NCBI GenBank assembly: GCA_009924735.1
Contig: RFQZ01000005.1
Span: 25,533-89,532, forward strand
DNA length: 64,000 nucleotides
Direction of reading: 5' to 3'
Source of the DNA: Flavobacteriia bacterium
Lineage (GTDB): Bacteria > Bacteroidota > Bacteroidia > Flavobacteriales_D > Crocinitomicaceae
The notes under the pieces were generated by a model. The model did not search any database and was not told where the DNA came from. It saw nothing but the letters and a program-made list of their open reading frames with translations. Below, in pieces: positions 18,110 through 27,106 of the stretch. The translations under genes were made by a program, and so were the position numbers. Numbering within the stretch: the first letter of the stretch is position 1; each line of letters starts with the position of its first letter.

Positions 18110-18652
18110 ATGTACGGACTTGTAAACAAAGCGATCAAAGATTTGGTGGTTACGCGCCACGGAGAAGAAAAATGGAATGAAATCTGCGCCAGTGCTGGCT
18201 TTGAAGAAAGGGATTTTGTAGGTATGAATGCCTATCCCGATTCATTGACCTATGATTTGGTTAAACATGCGTCACGCATCCTTACCGCAGATGCAAACGA
18301 CATCCTAGAAGCCTTTGGTGAATATTGGATTACCTACACTGCTGAAGAAGGATATGGCTATCTTATGGAGTTGTCTGGAGATACCTTCCCTGAATTTTTG
18401 GGGAATTTAGACATGCTTCACCTTCGAATCAGTGGCATTATGCCAAATTTGGAACCGCCTCAATTTACGACAAGGAATGTATTGGATCAATCATTGGAGT
18501 TGGAATACAGAAGTAAAAGACCGGGACTCACGCCTATGCTATTAGGACTGATCAAAGGTTTGGGAAAAAGATTCGGCATCGAATGTACAGTGAAGCAAAT
18601 CGAATTCATGGAAGAAAACGGAGACTGTCACGTATTTTTAATTTCTTGGTAA
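18110..18652 (+). CDS. H-NOX (heme nitric oxide/oxygen binding, HNOB) domain protein
   Basis: Canonical start MYGLVNKAIKDLV, proximal-His context LGNLDMLHLRI, heme-propionate motif YRSKR (YxSxR), conserved Pro in IMPNLEPP, about 180 aa stand-alone. Confidence 0.85.
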   Translation: MYGLVNKAIKDLVVTRHGEEKWNEICASAGFEERDFVGMNAYPDSLTYDLVKHASRILTADANDILEAFGEYWITYTAEEGYGYLMELSGDTFPEFLGNLDMLHLRISGIMPNLEPPQFTTRNVLDQSLELEYRSKRPGLTPMLLGLIKGLGKRFGIECTVKQIEFMEENGDCHVFLISW

Positions 18653-18655
18653 TCC

Positions 18656-21600
18656 ATGAAAGAGGCTGCGTTCGGATTGGATGAATTGTTTGAAGCATTA
18701 GAATTCTCAGCGCCACACACCCTTTTTTTAAGTCAAAACTTTGAAATTCTTAAATTCGGAAAGGTATTTTTAAAGTCGATTCCAACTTTGTCTGAAGGAA
18801 TGCCTTTTGACGCGGTTTTTAGGTGGACCCATAACAACGCAAAAGATTCCTTGAATGCGGATAAAAATGCATTGGTTTTTATTGAGAGTTTGGACGGGAA
18901 GCAACGCTTTAAATCAGCTTGTCGAAAAACAAAATGGGGTTTTGTACTGCATGCAGCGCCAGTAATCAACGCAAATTTTCACATCTCAAGTTATCATTTG
19001 ACTTTAAAGGATTTCTCTCAACAGGATTACATTTCAGAATACTTGTTCTTGCTTCATTCCTCAACAAAATCCTTGGAGGATGCCAACCGCCTTGCAGAAA
19101 TGTATACGGACAAAAACAGAGCCCTTTTGGAAAGCCAAGAAGAATTGATGTCTACGGCAATTTTCCCAAATGAAAACCCAAATCCTGTACTTCGTTTAAG
19201 CAAAAAGTTTGAATTGCTTTATGCAAATCCTGCTGCTGTTCAGTTTTTGGAAGATTTCAACATCTCTCAAAGCACGGTGGATGATGATGAATTGAAACTC
19301 AACCTTAGCTATGTCGAAACCCATCAATTGGACAACTTTTCGATGTATTTGGCGAGAAACAACAATACCTACTTGGTGAACATTAGAAATACCAAGACAT
19401 CGGATTTTTATAACATTTATGCCGCCAACATCTCACACTTTGTGAGCCAAGTTCAAGAAAAAGAAGGAGAATTAACCAAGCTAAACAAAAGACTTGACCA
19501 GCAACAAGCCTTTTATGAATACATCCTTAACAACATCCCCTCAGACATTGCGGTGTTTGATGACAAACACAGGTATCTTTTCGTAAATCCCCAAGGCATT
19601 AAAAGCGAGGAGGTTCGAAATTATATCATTGGTAAAGATGATTTTGATTACTGTAAATTCAAAGGAATTGACACCAAAGCAGCCGAATTTAGACGTGCAA
19701 AATTCTTGCAGGTTATGAAAACCAATGAGGAGGTAGAATGGGAGGATGACATGGTAAATTCACTCGGGAAAAGGCAGGTAATGATGCGCAGGATGCGGCC
19801 TATTCACAACCCAATCAACAAAAAAACAAATGTCGTTGGCTATGGCATTGACATAACTGAACGAAAATTGGCCGAGGAATCTGTTCGGAAATCCCAGGTT
19901 AGGCTCGCGCTTTTAGAGCAATTTTTAAACGCAACCAGCGACGCGGTTCAAGTAGCCAACGATGCGGGAGATTTTGTCTACATAAACAATGCTGCATCGG
20001 AAAGAATGGGGATACCTATGCATGAAATCCAGCGTTATAAAGTCTCTGACGTAGATCCAAAATTTAAAGACCCAGCCGTTTGGCAAGCGCACTTAACGGA
20101 ACTGAGGGACAAAGGAAGCGTAACAGCAGAAACCATCAATGTAAACAAAATTACAGGCGAAACAGTGGATTTGGAAGTAAACTTCCGTTACCAACTAATT
20201 GATGGGAAAGGGTACATCATCGCTGCTTCAAGGGACATCACCGAAAGAAAATTAGCCCAAACCATCCTCGCCTATAAAAATGAATTCCAAGCAATTTTGA
20301 TGGGTGTTGCGAATGAATACATCGACCTCCAGCCCGATGATCTCTCCGGAGCCATCGACAGTACATTGAGCCAAATCGGTCATTTTGTAAAGGTTGATCG
20401 GGTGTATGTTTTTGAATACAACCACAAAGAAAAATTTGCAACGAATACCTACGAGTGGGTAGCTGAAGGGGTGCAAAAAGAAATTAGTAACTTACAAAAG
20501 CTTCCCTTTGAACAAATCCCAATGTGGGTAGAATCCCACTTTCAAGGAAAAAATATTGAAATTGAAAACACAGCGCTTCTTCCTGAAGGTGATTTTAAAA
20601 CCATCCTGATCGACCAAAAAATTAAAAGTTTGATAGCGTTGCCATTGATGTACGAAAACGTCTGTTTGGGATTTGTGGGTTTCGATGCGGTCAAAAAACA
20701 AAGAAAGTTTTATGAGGATGAAAAGGACCTTCTCCAACTCTACGCACGAATGCTGGTGAATGTCAATGTGAGAATGAAAAACATTCGTGAAATCGAAAAA
20801 TCCACTCGAAAAATTCAATCGATCAACGAAGAACTGGAAAAAATCATCCAAGCAGAAAAAACCGTAAATGTCTTGGCAGCTTCCTTTCTAACCGGTACCA
20901 ATTACCAAGCAATTTGCGAGGACATCGTTGAAAACATTGTCTCCCAATTGGATTTTGAGGATTGTATCATTTATAAGCTTGAAGGGAATGACCTGGTGAA
21001 GGTTGCAGCTACGGAAGACAAAAACAAGCGAAAAAGACCATCTGTAAATAGCATGACCGTTCCCTATGGAAAAGGAATTGTTGGAACCGTAGCTAAAACG
21101 GGTAAGGCTTTGTTGGTTCCTGACACCTCCCTCGATAGCAGGTACCTTGCTGACGGTGTTCAGCGGGCATCAGAAGTTGCCGTGCCGATCAACATTGGAA
21201 AAAAACGATGGGGCGTGATCGACTCAGAAAACGACCAAAAAAACTTTTTCACAGACCTACATGTGAGGGTGTTGATGACCGTGGCGAATATGCTTTCTCA
21301 AAAAATTCAAGCACTTGATGAACAAAGCCAAAAAGAAAAACTTCAAGCGGAAATCTTAGAAATTAACGCAGATCTTGAAAATAGGGTTTCTGAAGAAATC
21401 AATCGCAACCTTACCTTGACGAAGTCAATGGCGGATCAAGAAAAAATGGTAACCATTGGTGAGATTGCCTCTGGAATCGCTCATGACCTAAATACCCCAC
21501 TCGGTGCCATCAAGATTGGTGCGGAAAGCATTCGCTACACCTTAGACAACTTGTTTCATGACATTGTAGCGAAATGTACAGAAAGCCAGATAAAAAAAGC

Positions 21601-22438
21601 AATGAACAGAGCCATCGAATTGCAAGGGGAACTCTTTGTAGGCGGATTACAACAACGTAGGGAAATGAAGGAAATGAATGAATTTCTTTTGGTTCATTAC
21701 CCCGAGTTCGAGAACGCCGAACGATCAAAAATGGTCGCAATGCTCGTGAAAACCCGTATAAATGTAAGCCAGGAAGAATTTATCAAGGAAATCCTAAATG
21801 CTTCCAACGCCAAGGAATACCTCGAACTCATTTACGGTATGCAAATCGTTCGTAATTTCATTCAAACCATTCTTACATCCTCAGATAGAGCTTCTAAAGT
21901 GGTACAAGACCTTCGATCGTTTATCAAAGACCAACGAAACAGTGAAAAGGCATCTGTGAATTTACATAGCAATGTATCTACCGTTTTGAATGTATTTAAT
22001 TATGAACTTAAAAAGAACGTTGAACTGATTTTTGATGTCGATAAATCTTACTTTGTATCGGGATTTGACATCAAACTTTTCCAACTTTGGTCAAACATCA
22101 TCAAGAATGCAATCGAATCCCTTGACCAATACAAAGACCGAGGGATGATAAAAATTACGGCTGCAGAAAACGATGGTTTTGTGACCGTATCGATTGCCAA
22201 CAATGGTCCAAAAATCCCAGATGAAATCAAGGAAAAAATATTTGATAAGTTCTACACTACCAAGGCAAGGAAAAATGGATCAGGTTTGGGACTTAGCATC
22301 GTAAGAAGTGTTTTGGAAGAGCACAATGCGAAAATCACCCTGGAATCCGATGATTCGCTAACCACTTTCCATGTTCGTTTCAAAAAATTAGACCATTCAC
22401 AGCCTCCAAAAAATGAAGTTGAGATTGAATTATTATAG
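18656..22438 (+). CDS. Cytoplasmic multi-sensor histidine kinase: HNOBA-like N-terminus + coiled coil, 3 PAS-like, 2 GAF, HisKA (H943), HATPase_c
   Basis: 1260 aa with no TM helices. PAS ends at ..GIDITERKLAEE and ..SRDITERKLAQ. GAF cores at KVDRVYVFEY... and GIVGTVAKTGKALLVPD. H-box IASGIAHDLNTPLGAI, N-box SNIIKNAIES, G-boxes NNGPKIP and GSGLGLS. Starts 3 nt after the H-NOX stop. Confidence 0.9.
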   Translation: MKEAAFGLDELFEALEFSAPHTLFLSQNFEILKFGKVFLKSIPTLSEGMPFDAVFRWTHNNAKDSLNADKNALVFIESLDGKQRFKSACRKTKWGFVLHAAPVINANFHISSYHLTLKDFSQQDYISEYLFLLHSSTKSLEDANRLAEMYTDKNRALLESQEELMSTAIFPNENPNPVLRLSKKFELLYANPAAVQFLEDFNISQSTVDDDELKLNLSYVETHQLDNFSMYLARNNNTYLVNIRNTKTSDFYNIYAANISHFVSQVQEKEGELTKLNKRLDQQQAFYEYILNNIPSDIAVFDDKHRYLFVNPQGIKSEEVRNYIIGKDDFDYCKFKGIDTKAAEFRRAKFLQVMKTNEEVEWEDDMVNSLGKRQVMMRRMRPIHNPINKKTNVVGYGIDITERKLAEESVRKSQVRLALLEQFLNATSDAVQVANDAGDFVYINNAASERMGIPMHEIQRYKVSDVDPKFKDPAVWQAHLTELRDKGSVTAETINVNKITGETVDLEVNFRYQLIDGKGYIIAASRDITERKLAQTILAYKNEFQAILMGVANEYIDLQPDDLSGAIDSTLSQIGHFVKVDRVYVFEYNHKEKFATNTYEWVAEGVQKEISNLQKLPFEQIPMWVESHFQGKNIEIENTALLPEGDFKTILIDQKIKSLIALPLMYENVCLGFVGFDAVKKQRKFYEDEKDLLQLYARMLVNVNVRMKNIREIEKSTRKIQSINEELEKIIQAEKTVNVLAASFLTGTNYQAICEDIVENIVSQLDFEDCIIYKLEGNDLVKVAATEDKNKRKRPSVNSMTVPYGKGIVGTVAKTGKALLVPDTSLDSRYLADGVQRASEVAVPINIGKKRWGVIDSENDQKNFFTDLHVRVLMTVANMLSQKIQALDEQSQKEKLQAEILEINADLENRVSEEINRNLTLTKSMADQEKMVTIGEIASGIAHDLNTPLGAIKIGAESIRYTLDNLFHDIVAKCTESQIKKAMNRAIELQGELFVGGLQQRREMKEMNEFLLVHYPEFENAERSKMVAMLVKTRINVSQEEFIKEILNASNAKEYLELIYGMQIVRNFIQTILTSSDRASKVVQDLRSFIKDQRNSEKASVNLHSNVSTVLNVFNYELKKNVELIFDVDKSYFVSGFDIKLFQLWSNIIKNAIESLDQYKDRGMIKITAAENDGFVTVSIANNGPKIPDEIKEKIFDKFYTTKARKNGSGLGLSIVRSVLEEHNAKITLESDDSLTTFHVRFKKLDHSQPPKNEVEIELL

Positions 22439-22450
22439 TAACTTTGCGCC

Positions 22451-22858
22451 ATGTATGAATTAAAATATGCCGTCGTTTGTGTAGATGATGATCCCTATAT
22501 TTTGCAAATGTTGGGTTTCCAACTTGCAAAAATTGTTGATCAAAAATGTACCCTGTTGGAATACTTTACCGATCCCTCCGAGGCTTTAGAAAACATCGAC
22601 AGTTTAGTCGAAGAGAAAATCGACATCATTTTTATCATCGTGGATTATCAAATGCCAAAGATGACCGGAGCCCAATTGATTCGTGCCATCAAAGAAAAGC
22701 ATCCGAACCTTAAATGTGTTATGCTCTCAGGTCATGCCAATCCAGTCTACGTAGATGCCCTTCAAAAAGACAATTTGTTGGAATCTTTTATCTCAAAACC
22801 CTGGGATGAAGAAGTTCTTTTCAATGCCATACGTCCCATTTTAGAAAACATCGACTGA
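22451..22858 (+). CDS. Stand-alone response-regulator receiver (CheY-like, no output domain)
   Basis: 135 aa. Acidic pocket VDDD, phospho-acceptor context IIVDYQMPKMTG, MLSGH (T/S position), SKPW (conserved Lys). 12 nt after the kinase stop. Confidence 0.85.
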   Translation: MYELKYAVVCVDDDPYILQMLGFQLAKIVDQKCTLLEYFTDPSEALENIDSLVEEKIDIIFIIVDYQMPKMTGAQLIRAIKEKHPNLKCVMLSGHANPVYVDALQKDNLLESFISKPWDEEVLFNAIRPILENID

Positions 22859-22863
22859 TACGC

Positions 22864-24201
22864 ATGAAAACCATCTTGGTACTTGGCGCAGGCTTATCTG
22901 CTTCCTCTTTGTTTCGCTACCTCTTAAATCACCTTGAAAAAGAAAATTGGCACCTTAAAATTGCCAACAAAGAGTTAGATTTTCTGTCGGATAAATACGG
23001 CAACCATCCCCGAATAGATCTCATTAGCCTAGATGCAAGTGATGCCGAAGAACGTAGGGCACTCATTGCACACGTCGACATCGTGATTTCCATGCTCCCT
23101 CCAAAATTTCATCCAGATGTTGCCAAAGATTGCATAGATCTTAGAACCAACCTGATTACCCCAAGCTATGTTTCTAAAGAAATGAAGGCCTTGCACTTAC
23201 AAGCAAAAGAAAAAGGGGTTACCATCATGAACGAAACGGGCGTAGACCCCGGAATAGACCATATGAGTGCGATGAAAATCATCGACCAAATCAGAGAGAA
23301 AGGCGCAACCCTTACAAGTTTTAAATCCTTCTGTGGGGGTTTGATCGCACCGTCAAACGACGGAAATGCTTGGCACTATAAATTTACTTGGAACCCAAGA
23401 AATGTAGTTCTGGCCGGGCAAGGGGGGGTCGCTGCCTTCCGTCAAAACAACGAACTCAAATACATCCCTTATTCGCAACTGTTTAAAAGGACCGAAAGAT
23501 TCAACATCGAAGGCCATGGTTATTTTGATGGGTATGCCAATCGGGATTCCCTGAAATACCTCGAAGTATATGACATCAATGAAGTGAAAACCATTTACAG
23601 AGGAACCCTGCGTAAACCAGATTTCTGTCAAGGTTGGGACGTTTTTGTAGAATTAGGGCTTACCGATGATTCCTATGTGTTAGAAAACAGCAGTAAACTA
23701 ACGCCTCGACAACTGTTGAATGGATTTCTTCCTTATGAAGTTGAAATGAGTGTGGAAGATAAACTGAAGCGTTTCCTACGCGCCGATAGAGAACACCTCT
23801 TTGTGCTTTTTGAAGAAATTGGTTTTTTTAACCAAGATGCAACGATTACGACTGAAGATTCGAGTCCCGCTTGGTTGCTTCAGACCCTGTTGCAAAAAGC
23901 TTGGAAATTAAGCGATAATGACCGCGACATGATCGTAATGTATCACGAAATTGAATTCATAGAAGACAACATCCAAAAACGAATCGTATCGTCGATGGTT
24001 TCCTTGGGTGAAGACGTTACCTATACGGCCATGTCTAATACAGTCGGGTTACCCATCGCAATCATCGCAAAGCTTATGCTAAATGGTTACAGCCATCCGG
24101 GTGTTCATATCCCTGTATCGAGTGAAATTTATAAGCCCGTTTTGAATGAACTTCAAGAATATGGCATTACCTTTAATGAAAATGAATTCCCGTTAACCTA
24201 A
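22864..24201 (+). CDS. Saccharopine dehydrogenase family oxidoreductase
   Basis: N-terminal ILVLGAGLSASS Rossmann motif, GVDPGIDHM, 445 aa LYS9-like layout. Confidence 0.75.
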   Translation: MKTILVLGAGLSASSLFRYLLNHLEKENWHLKIANKELDFLSDKYGNHPRIDLISLDASDAEERRALIAHVDIVISMLPPKFHPDVAKDCIDLRTNLITPSYVSKEMKALHLQAKEKGVTIMNETGVDPGIDHMSAMKIIDQIREKGATLTSFKSFCGGLIAPSNDGNAWHYKFTWNPRNVVLAGQGGVAAFRQNNELKYIPYSQLFKRTERFNIEGHGYFDGYANRDSLKYLEVYDINEVKTIYRGTLRKPDFCQGWDVFVELGLTDDSYVLENSSKLTPRQLLNGFLPYEVEMSVEDKLKRFLRADREHLFVLFEEIGFFNQDATITTEDSSPAWLLQTLLQKAWKLSDNDRDMIVMYHEIEFIEDNIQKRIVSSMVSLGEDVTYTAMSNTVGLPIAIIAKLMLNGYSHPGVHIPVSSEIYKPVLNELQEYGITFNENEFPLT

Positions 24202-24207
24202 TTTATC

Positions 24208-24513
24208 ATGGAAGAACAAGAAAACCAAATGAACATCGAACTAAGTGAAGAAATCGCTTTGGGGATTTATTCTAACCTAGCCGTAATTACACACTCTCCT
24301 GCAGAGGTGGTTTGTGACTTCATCCAAATCATGCCTGGCATGCCCAAAGGAAAAGTTCGCTCACGTGTGCTCATGACACCTCAAAATGCTAAAAGATTTC
24401 TTCAAGCATTGACTGACAACATTGAAAAGTATGAGGAGAATTTTGGCGCCATTCAAGATCCACAAGCTGGCATTCCTCCAATGCACTTCGGTACGCCAAA
24501 CACCATGGCATAA
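24208..24513 (+). CDS. Small conserved protein, DUF3467-like
   Basis: 101 aa. The pattern NIELSEEIALGIYSNLAVITHSPAEVVCDF matches my recollection of DUF3467. Confidence 0.5.
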   Translation: MEEQENQMNIELSEEIALGIYSNLAVITHSPAEVVCDFIQIMPGMPKGKVRSRVLMTPQNAKRFLQALTDNIEKYEENFGAIQDPQAGIPPMHFGTPNTMA

Positions 24514-24518
24514 ATCCC

Positions 24519-25424
24519 ATGTTAAGCGTTTGTATTCCCGTTTACAATACGAATGTTCTTCAATTGGCGAGTGTGTTGAATTCACAGGCGATGAAGGTGG
24601 GGTTTCCTGCCGAAATCCTTCTGTTGGATGATGCTTCAAATGAATCGGTGATCCCCGAATCTGTCCTCGAACTTAGCCACGTCGTAGTCCATCGAAATCA
24701 AACAAACCTTGGCAGAAGCAAAACGCGTAACTTACTCGTCCAGCAGGCAAAAGGAACCCACCTCCTTTTTTTAGATGGGGATTCTCAAATCATACATGAA
24801 GATTTTCTGGCGCTTTGGTGGAAAGCAATTCGTCAAGAAGAAAAATCTGTTTTTTACGGCGGTAGTGTTTACCAAGAATCTGAGCCCAATGCCCAGCATT
24901 ACCTGCGATGGAAAATCAGCGTGACAAGGGAAAGCCTAAGTCTAAATCAACGCAGATTTTCCAATACAGGATTCAAAACCAATAATTTTGTCATTGAAAA
25001 ATCCTTGGCAGATTCGGTAAGGTTTGACGAGGGTTTAAGAGGGTATGGCCACGAAGATACCTTGTATGGATTTGAGTTGCAACGATTGGGATTTTTTACA
25101 CATCAAATCGACAATCCCGTGCTAAATGCTACGCTCGACGACAATGATGCCTTTTTACGTAAGACAGAAAATGCCATCAGAAACCTGGTTCTAATTTTAT
25201 CCAGAGAAAAACAAGACAAGGGTTTCATTCAACACGTAAAATTATTGAGGTATTATCTCACCCTGCGTAAATGGAAATTGAGTGCGTGCTTAATGCCCCT
25301 GAGAAAATTGTTTTTGGGAATGCTTAAACAAAGACTTCGAATGGGAAAAAAAACAGGGATTTTGTTGTTTTTTGACATCTATAAACTGTTGGTCATTGAC
25401 CAAGAATACCGAAGGCTAAGTTAA
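24519..25424 (+). CDS. Family 2 glycosyltransferase
   Basis: LSVCIPVYN start, LLDDAS (DxD-type), FLDGDS, GT-A layout. Confidence 0.8.
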   Translation: MLSVCIPVYNTNVLQLASVLNSQAMKVGFPAEILLLDDASNESVIPESVLELSHVVVHRNQTNLGRSKTRNLLVQQAKGTHLLFLDGDSQIIHEDFLALWWKAIRQEEKSVFYGGSVYQESEPNAQHYLRWKISVTRESLSLNQRRFSNTGFKTNNFVIEKSLADSVRFDEGLRGYGHEDTLYGFELQRLGFFTHQIDNPVLNATLDDNDAFLRKTENAIRNLVLILSREKQDKGFIQHVKLLRYYLTLRKWKLSACLMPLRKLFLGMLKQRLRMGKKTGILLFFDIYKLLVIDQEYRRLS

Positions 25425-26537
25425 CAAGGCAATTACTTCATGAAGGTTTCTTTGCTCATTTTGCCAGGTTTCAATTTTTGAGGCATTCTTCCCATTTTCC
25501 TTACACTTGGCTAAAAACTGGGGGTCTTTCTGAAACGCTTCAACGGCGCTTACAATGTGTTTTGGGGTAACTTCATCCATGGAAATTCCCACTTCATATT
25601 GCATTACCAACCGTTCAATTTCTGGTTGTGGACCACTGATCACTGCAATGCCAGCTTGGAAATAATCAAAAATTTTATTGGGCAAAGCATAGTGAAAATT
25701 CAAACAATTCATAGCGTCGTATGCCAACCCAACATCTGCCATTTGGGTATATCGCATCATTTCTAAATAAGGAAGCCTATCTATAAACCTTACAGTCGAC
25801 CCCATGCCATTATTTACCACGTGGGCTTTTGCATTAGGGATGGCATCTCCACTGCCGATGACAAACAAGGTTACATTTTCCAATCCCTTCATCGCGTCAA
25901 TGCTTTCTGTCAACCCACGTCCCTTGTTCATGCCAGAGCCTTGAGTGACAAGAATGAGATGGGTTTCGGGAATGCTCAATTCAGTTCGGTTCAATGGAGG
26001 TAATAAATCACGTTGCAGGGGAACATTTCGGACAACGTAGACCTTTCGTTGGTATAGTTTTTCAAATCGTTTGGCAATGGATGCGTTGACGGTGAGCATA
26101 AGATCCGCTCTAACCGCCCATTTTCGCTCCACCCATAGCCAAATCGCTTTTTTGAGGGTGGTATGTTGAAGCTCAGGAACCTCAGTGAAGATTTCATGGG
26201 AATCAAAAACCCATTTTGATTTGCGCACTTTTGAACATAAAGCACAGGGAATAACTGTGTCTAAATCGTTCGCCCAAAGAAAATCAAAGCGCTGAAAGCG
26301 TAGGTAAAAAAACAACCGCAAGGTATACTCTAAATAAAAACAGACCCCACTGCTAAAAAGCAAATGAAAACGGTGAGTTTGGAAGGAAAGCACGGGCATG
26401 GGCAAACTTTTTTTTAGCTTGCGTCCCACCAATACAACATCGAACCCATTCGTAATGAATGCGTTACAATGCTTTAACACCCTTTGATCTGTGGCTAAAT
26501 CTGAGGTGACACAAATGATAATTTTTTTCTTTCTCAT
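25416..26537 (-). CDS. GT-B glycosyltransferase (GT1/GT4-like)
   Basis: 373 aa. C-terminal half has the nucleotide-sugar binding pattern (ALPNKIFDYFQAGIAVI). The 3' end overlaps the GT2 gene convergently by 9 nt. Confidence 0.7.
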   Translation of the reverse strand: MRKKKIIICVTSDLATDQRVLKHCNAFITNGFDVVLVGRKLKKSLPMPVLSFQTHRFHLLFSSGVCFYLEYTLRLFFYLRFQRFDFLWANDLDTVIPCALCSKVRKSKWVFDSHEIFTEVPELQHTTLKKAIWLWVERKWAVRADLMLTVNASIAKRFEKLYQRKVYVVRNVPLQRDLLPPLNRTELSIPETHLILVTQGSGMNKGRGLTESIDAMKGLENVTLFVIGSGDAIPNAKAHVVNNGMGSTVRFIDRLPYLEMMRYTQMADVGLAYDAMNCLNFHYALPNKIFDYFQAGIAVISGPQPEIERLVMQYEVGISMDEVTPKHIVSAVEAFQKDPQFLAKCKENGKNASKIETWQNEQRNLHEVIALLT

Positions 26538-26633
26538 CGAAGGGTAAAAGTACGGAATTGTAAATGTTCCGAAGTTAATTCAATTGACAATTAAAAAAAT
26601 CTATAAAAATTTTTTCAATCAAAAAAAGCTTCA

Positions 26634-26641
26634 TACATTTG
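26634..26641 (+). promoter_or_regulatory. Bacteroidota -7 promoter box (TACATTTG) ahead of the tRNA-tuf cluster
   Basis: TAnnTTTG match about 50 nt upstream of the first tRNA. Confidence 0.4.
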
Positions 26642-26690
26642 CAATCCAAATTTTGAAGGGATTGTTCTTTATTTATTGGTACCGACATTC

Positions 26691-26764
26691 GCCGATGTAG
26701 CTCAGTTGGCCAGAGCAGCTGATTTGTAATCAGCTGGTCGGGGGTTCGAATCCCTCCATCGGCT
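26691..26764 (+). tRNA. tRNA-Thr (anticodon TGT)
   Basis: Hand-folded cloverleaf: acceptor GCCGATG/CATCGGC, anticodon stem GCTGA/TCAGC with loop TTTGTAA, T-loop TTCGAAT. Confidence 0.9.
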
Positions 26765-26773
26765 CGGAGTGTT

Positions 26774-26856
26774 GGGGAGATACTCAAGTGGCTAACGAGG
26801 ACAGACTGTAAATCTGTTGGTGTACACCTTCGCAGGTTCGAATCCTGCTCTCCCCA
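26774..26856 (+). tRNA. tRNA-Tyr (anticodon GTA)
   Basis: Acceptor GGGGAGA/TCTCCCC, anticodon stem ACAGA/TCTGT with loop CTGTAAA, long variable arm, T-arm GCAGG-TTCGAAT-CCTGC. Confidence 0.9.
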
Positions 26857-26870
26857 CGAAGGTAATATAT

Positions 26871-26943
26871 GCGGGAGTAGCTCAGTTGGTAGAGCGTCAG
26901 CCTTCCAAGCTGAACGTCGCGAGTTCGAATCTCGTCTCCCGCT
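26871..26943 (+). tRNA. tRNA-Gly (anticodon TCC)
   Basis: Acceptor GCGGGAG/CTCCCGC, anticodon stem TCAGC/GCTGA with loop CTTCCAA, T-loop TTCGAAT. Confidence 0.9.
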
Positions 26944-26953
26944 CTCTTTGAGT

Positions 26954-27025
26954 GCCGGTGTAGCTCAGGGGTAGAGCGCTTCCTTGGTAAGGAAGAGGCC
27001 ACGAGTTCAAATCTCGTCATTGGCT
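26954..27025 (+). tRNA. tRNA-Thr (anticodon GGT)
   Basis: Acceptor GCCGGTG/CATTGGC (two G-U pairs), anticodon stem CTTCC/GGAAG with loop TTGGTAA, T-arm ACGAG-TTCAAAT-CTCGT. Confidence 0.9.
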
Positions 27026-27106
27026 CAATAAAAAAACAGATGCTTCGGCATCTTTGATTATAAGTGTAAATTAAAACGAGTATTAACTAAGTAACAAATA
27101 AGTAAA

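Noticed and set aside
26575-27020. Two minus-strand ORFs (26575..26787 and 26784..27020, 70 and 78 aa)
   Set aside because: They lie entirely antisense to the four tRNA genes I could fold by hand (Thr-Tyr-Gly-Thr). They are artefacts of GC-rich tRNA sequence.
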